Of a stretch of 64,000 nucleotides of DNA, positions 61,252 through 64,000 are shown in pieces (the stretch's first letter is position 1; every line of letters starts with the position of its first letter). The stretch is from an uncultured delta proteobacterium (GTDB taxonomy: Bacteria > Myxococcota > Myxococcia > Myxococcales > Myxococcaceae), in contig CAVZMH010000016.1 of NCBI GenBank assembly GCA_963776345.1, positions 512,001 to 576,000 of the forward strand, written 5' to 3'. A model generated the notes under the pieces. The model did no database searches. It was not told where the DNA came from and was given only the letters and a program-made list of their open reading frames with translations. The position numbers and the translations under genes are program-made.

Positions 61252-63753
61252 ATGGCGCTCTCGCCGTTGCCCATCGACCCCCTCCTCCCGTCGGTGGTGG
61301 AGGCGGTGAAGACCCGCGGCGCGCTGGTGCTCCAGGCCGCGCCCGGCGCCGGGAAGACCACCCGCGTCCCCCGCGCGCTCCTCGACGCGGCGGCGTTCGA
61401 CGGCGAGCTGTGGGTCCTCGAGCCGCGCAGGCTCGCCACCCGCCTCGCCGCGGCCCGGGTGGCCGAGGAGCTGGGAGAGCCGCCCGGCCGGCGCATCGGC
61501 TACCAGATCCGGTTCGAGGAGGTGGCCTCGCCCGCGACGCGGGTGCGCTTCGTCACCGAGGGCATCCTCACCCGCCGGCTCCTGTCCGACCCGGAGCTGC
61601 GCGGCATCGGCGCGGTGGTCCTCGACGAGTTCCACGAGCGGCACCTCCCGACCGACCTGGGCCTGGCGTTGCTCCGGCGGCTGCGCGAGCGGCGCCCCGG
61701 CCTCCGGGTGGTCGTCATGTCCGCGACCTTCGACCCAGGGCCGGTGGCGCGCTTCCTCGGCGACGCGCCGGTGCTCACCTCCGAGGGCCGGGTCTTCCCG
61801 GTGGACATCGAGCACCTCCCGGCCGCCGACAGCCGCCCGCTCGAGGCCCAGGTGCTCGCCGGCCTGAAGCGCCTCGCCCCGCGGCTCACGGACGGGCACG
61901 TGCTGGTCTTCCTACCCGGAGCGGCGGAGATCCGCCGGGCCCAGGAGGCCTGCGCCGAGTACGCAGAGCGCCACGGGCTCCGCATCCTCCCGCTCCACGG
62001 TGACCTCCCGGCGGACGCGCAGGACCGGGCGGTGCGCCCATCGAGGGAGCGGAAGCTCATCCTCTCCACCAACGTCGCCGAGACCTCGGTCACGGTCGAC
62101 GGCGTCGCCGCGGTCATCGACTCGGGCCTCGCCCGCGTGGCCACCCACTCGCCCTGGAGCGGCCTGCCGTCGCTGCGGGTCCAGCCCATCAGCCGGGCGA
62201 GCGCGGCACAGCGGGCCGGCCGCGCCGGGCGCACCCGCGCGGGCGTCTGTCTCCGCCTCTACACGCAAGGGGACCTCGAGCGCCGGCCCGAGCGCGACGC
62301 GCCGGAGATCTCCCGCGCCGACCTCGCCGAGACGGTGCTCGCCCTCGCCGCGGCCGGCGTCCCGGACCCGCGGTCGTTCGGCTGGTTCGAGCCGCCTCCC
62401 TCCGCCTCGCTCGAGGCGGCCGAGGAGCTCCTCTCCCAGCTCGGCGCCCACGCGCCCGACGGGACGCTCACCGCTCTCGGACGCCGGCTCCTCTCCTTCC
62501 CGGTCCACCCTCGCCTCGGCCGCATCCTGGTGGAGGGCGAGCGGCGCGGCGTCGCCCCGGAGGCGGCCCGGGCGGCGGCGGTCCTCTCCGAGCGCCCGTC
62601 GCGCCCTGCCCCGCTCGGCGACGCGCGGCGCACCGGCCCCACCCTCAGTGGCCGCTCGGATGTGCTGGAGCAGATGGAGGCGCTCGGCTCGGGCGAGCGG
62701 GTGCGGAGCGGAGCCGGACAGGCCGTGGAGCGCACCGCCCGTCAGCTCGCGCGCGCGGTGCACGGGAAGCACCGCGCCGCGCCAGCCGAGCGGGAGGACG
62801 CGCTGCTCATCGCGCTGCTCGCCGGGTTCCCCGATCGGGTCGCACGTCGACGCCGCCCGCATGCGCCGGACCTCGTCCTCTCCGGAGGCGGCAGCGCCGT
62901 GCTCGACCCGGTGAGCGTGGTGCAGGAGCCGATGCTCCTCCTCGCCCTCGACGCCGAGCAGCGCACCGGCCCCCGCGGTCCAGAGGTGCGGGTGCGCGTG
63001 GCCAGCGCCCTCGAGCCCGAGTGGCTCCTCGACCTCTTCCCCGAGCGGCTCACCGACGAGGACCGCCTCGTCTTCTCCGACGACTCGGGCCGGGTGGAGC
63101 GGCTGACACGGCTGGCGTACGGCGCGGTCACCCTCGAGGAGCGGCGCACGCCGGCCGAGCCGTCGGAGCAGGTCGAGGCGGTGCTGGCCGAGGCCATCCG
63201 GGCGCGCGGGCTCGGCAACGCGGTCGACACCGAGCGGCTCGACGCGCTCCGGGCGCGGCTGGCCCTGGCCCGCACGCTGTTCCCCGAGCAGCACTGGCCC
63301 GAGCTCGACGAGGCCGGTCTCGCCTCGGTGCTGGCCCGGGGCCGGAGGAGCCTGGCCGAGGTCCGCGAGGCAGACCCCGCGGCGGAGCTGCTGGGCGCGC
63401 TCTCGCCCGAGGCGGCCCGCCTCCTCGCCCGCGAGCTCCCCGAGCGGGTGGCGCTCCCCGGCGGTCGCTCGGTCCAGGTCCACTACGTCTCCGGCCAGCC
63501 GCCGTGGATCGCCTCGCGCCTCCAGGACTTCTTCGGGCTACAGGACGGGCCCTCGCTGGCCCGCGGACGGGTGCCGCTGGTCCTGCACCTGCTCGCACCC
63601 AACCAGCGGGCGGTCCAGGTGACCCAGGACCTCGCCGGATTCTGGAGCCGCCACTACCCTTCCCTCCGGCGCGAGCTGGGACGCCGCTACCCTCGGCACG
63701 CCTGGCCGGAGGACCCCCTCCGCGCCTCGCCCCCGGCGCCGCGGCGCGGATGA
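61252..63753 (+). CDS. hrpB: ATP-dependent RNA helicase HrpB
   Basis: 'GAGKTT', 'DEFHER', 'MSAT', 'TNVAETS', 'QRAGRAGR', 'YPRHAWPEDP'. Confidence 0.95.
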   Translation: MALSPLPIDPLLPSVVEAVKTRGALVLQAAPGAGKTTRVPRALLDAAAFDGELWVLEPRRLATRLAAARVAEELGEPPGRRIGYQIRFEEVASPATRVRFVTEGILTRRLLSDPELRGIGAVVLDEFHERHLPTDLGLALLRRLRERRPGLRVVVMSATFDPGPVARFLGDAPVLTSEGRVFPVDIEHLPAADSRPLEAQVLAGLKRLAPRLTDGHVLVFLPGAAEIRRAQEACAEYAERHGLRILPLHGDLPADAQDRAVRPSRERKLILSTNVAETSVTVDGVAAVIDSGLARVATHSPWSGLPSLRVQPISRASAAQRAGRAGRTRAGVCLRLYTQGDLERRPERDAPEISRADLAETVLALAAAGVPDPRSFGWFEPPPSASLEAAEELLSQLGAHAPDGTLTALGRRLLSFPVHPRLGRILVEGERRGVAPEAARAAAVLSERPSRPAPLGDARRTGPTLSGRSDVLEQMEALGSGERVRSGAGQAVERTARQLARAVHGKHRAAPAEREDALLIALLAGFPDRVARRRRPHAPDLVLSGGGSAVLDPVSVVQEPMLLLALDAEQRTGPRGPEVRVRVASALEPEWLLDLFPERLTDEDRLVFSDDSGRVERLTRLAYGAVTLEERRTPAEPSEQVEAVLAEAIRARGLGNAVDTERLDALRARLALARTLFPEQHWPELDEAGLASVLARGRRSLAEVREADPAAELLGALSPEAARLLARELPERVALPGGRSVQVHYVSGQPPWIASRLQDFFGLQDGPSLARGRVPLVLHLLAPNQRAVQVTQDLAGFWSRHYPSLRRELGRRYPRHAWPEDPLRASPPAPRRG

Positions 63754-63829
63754 GGAGAGGACCGCCGATGCGCACTGGCGACCGTCGTCGCGGGATGTTA
63801 CTGCCCGGCACCTTGCACCGGGACCCCCG

Positions 63830-64000
63830 ATGACCCGCCGCGTCCTCCTCGCCTCGCTCAACGCCGGGGGCGGCCATCACGCGCTGCGCGACTCGTTCGC
63901 CGCGGCGCTCGCCCGCGTGGAGCCGGAGCACCAGCCTCTGCGGCCCGTCGTCTGGAATTCCGCGGATCGCTTCATCGACTGGTTCTACTCGATGTGCGTG
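63830..64000 (+). CDS. Probable MGDG synthase/UgtP-like glycosyltransferase (3' truncated)
   Basis: 'MTRRVLLASLNAGGGHHALRDS' resembles the GT28 N-terminal GxGH motif. Confidence 0.55.
   Translation, partial: MTRRVLLASLNAGGGHHALRDSFAAALARVEPEHQPLRPVVWNSADRFIDWFYSMCV

Overview
A very GC-rich window from a myxobacterium (phylum Myxococcota). The assignment rests on romX-like, cglB-like and AgmX/PglI-like genes, a myxobacterial PilY1/minor-pilin cluster and a deltaproteobacterial-type RNAP. It is mostly core genome. In order it contains: HEAT/HD-GYP genes; an slt-selA-minD-like-J/HTH-romX-rluA run; a GAF histidine kinase; a sigma54-type promoter followed by pilY1-fimU-pilV-pilW-pilX; cmk, accA, a tandem ArsA/GET3 ATPase, dCMP deaminase, prkA, an Hsp70 paralogue, clpX and truA; a sulfur-relay block (larE, cysC, E1-like/JAB fusion, tusA, moeB-like); the tRNA-tuf-rpmG-secE-nusG-rplKAJL-rpoBC cluster; rlmB, a RimK-like gene, two tandem cglB-like vWA lipoproteins and hrpB. 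At least five genes, including the essential rpoC, carry single-base indels, which points to sequencing or assembly error rather than pseudogenes. I saw no CRISPR array, IS element, prophage or rRNA. The most interesting candidates are: (1) two complementary MoeB/E1-like genes that look like a heterodimeric E1, with the degenerate subunit fused to an intact JAB protease; (2) a PilY1 whose vWA domain is split by a ~700-aa insert with an apparently nested Cys-module architecture; (3) duplicated cglB; (4) an asymmetric ArsA/GET3 pseudo-dimer; (5) an unusually long, structured rplA-rplJ spacer. All family calls come from motif recognition by eye; no database searches were run.
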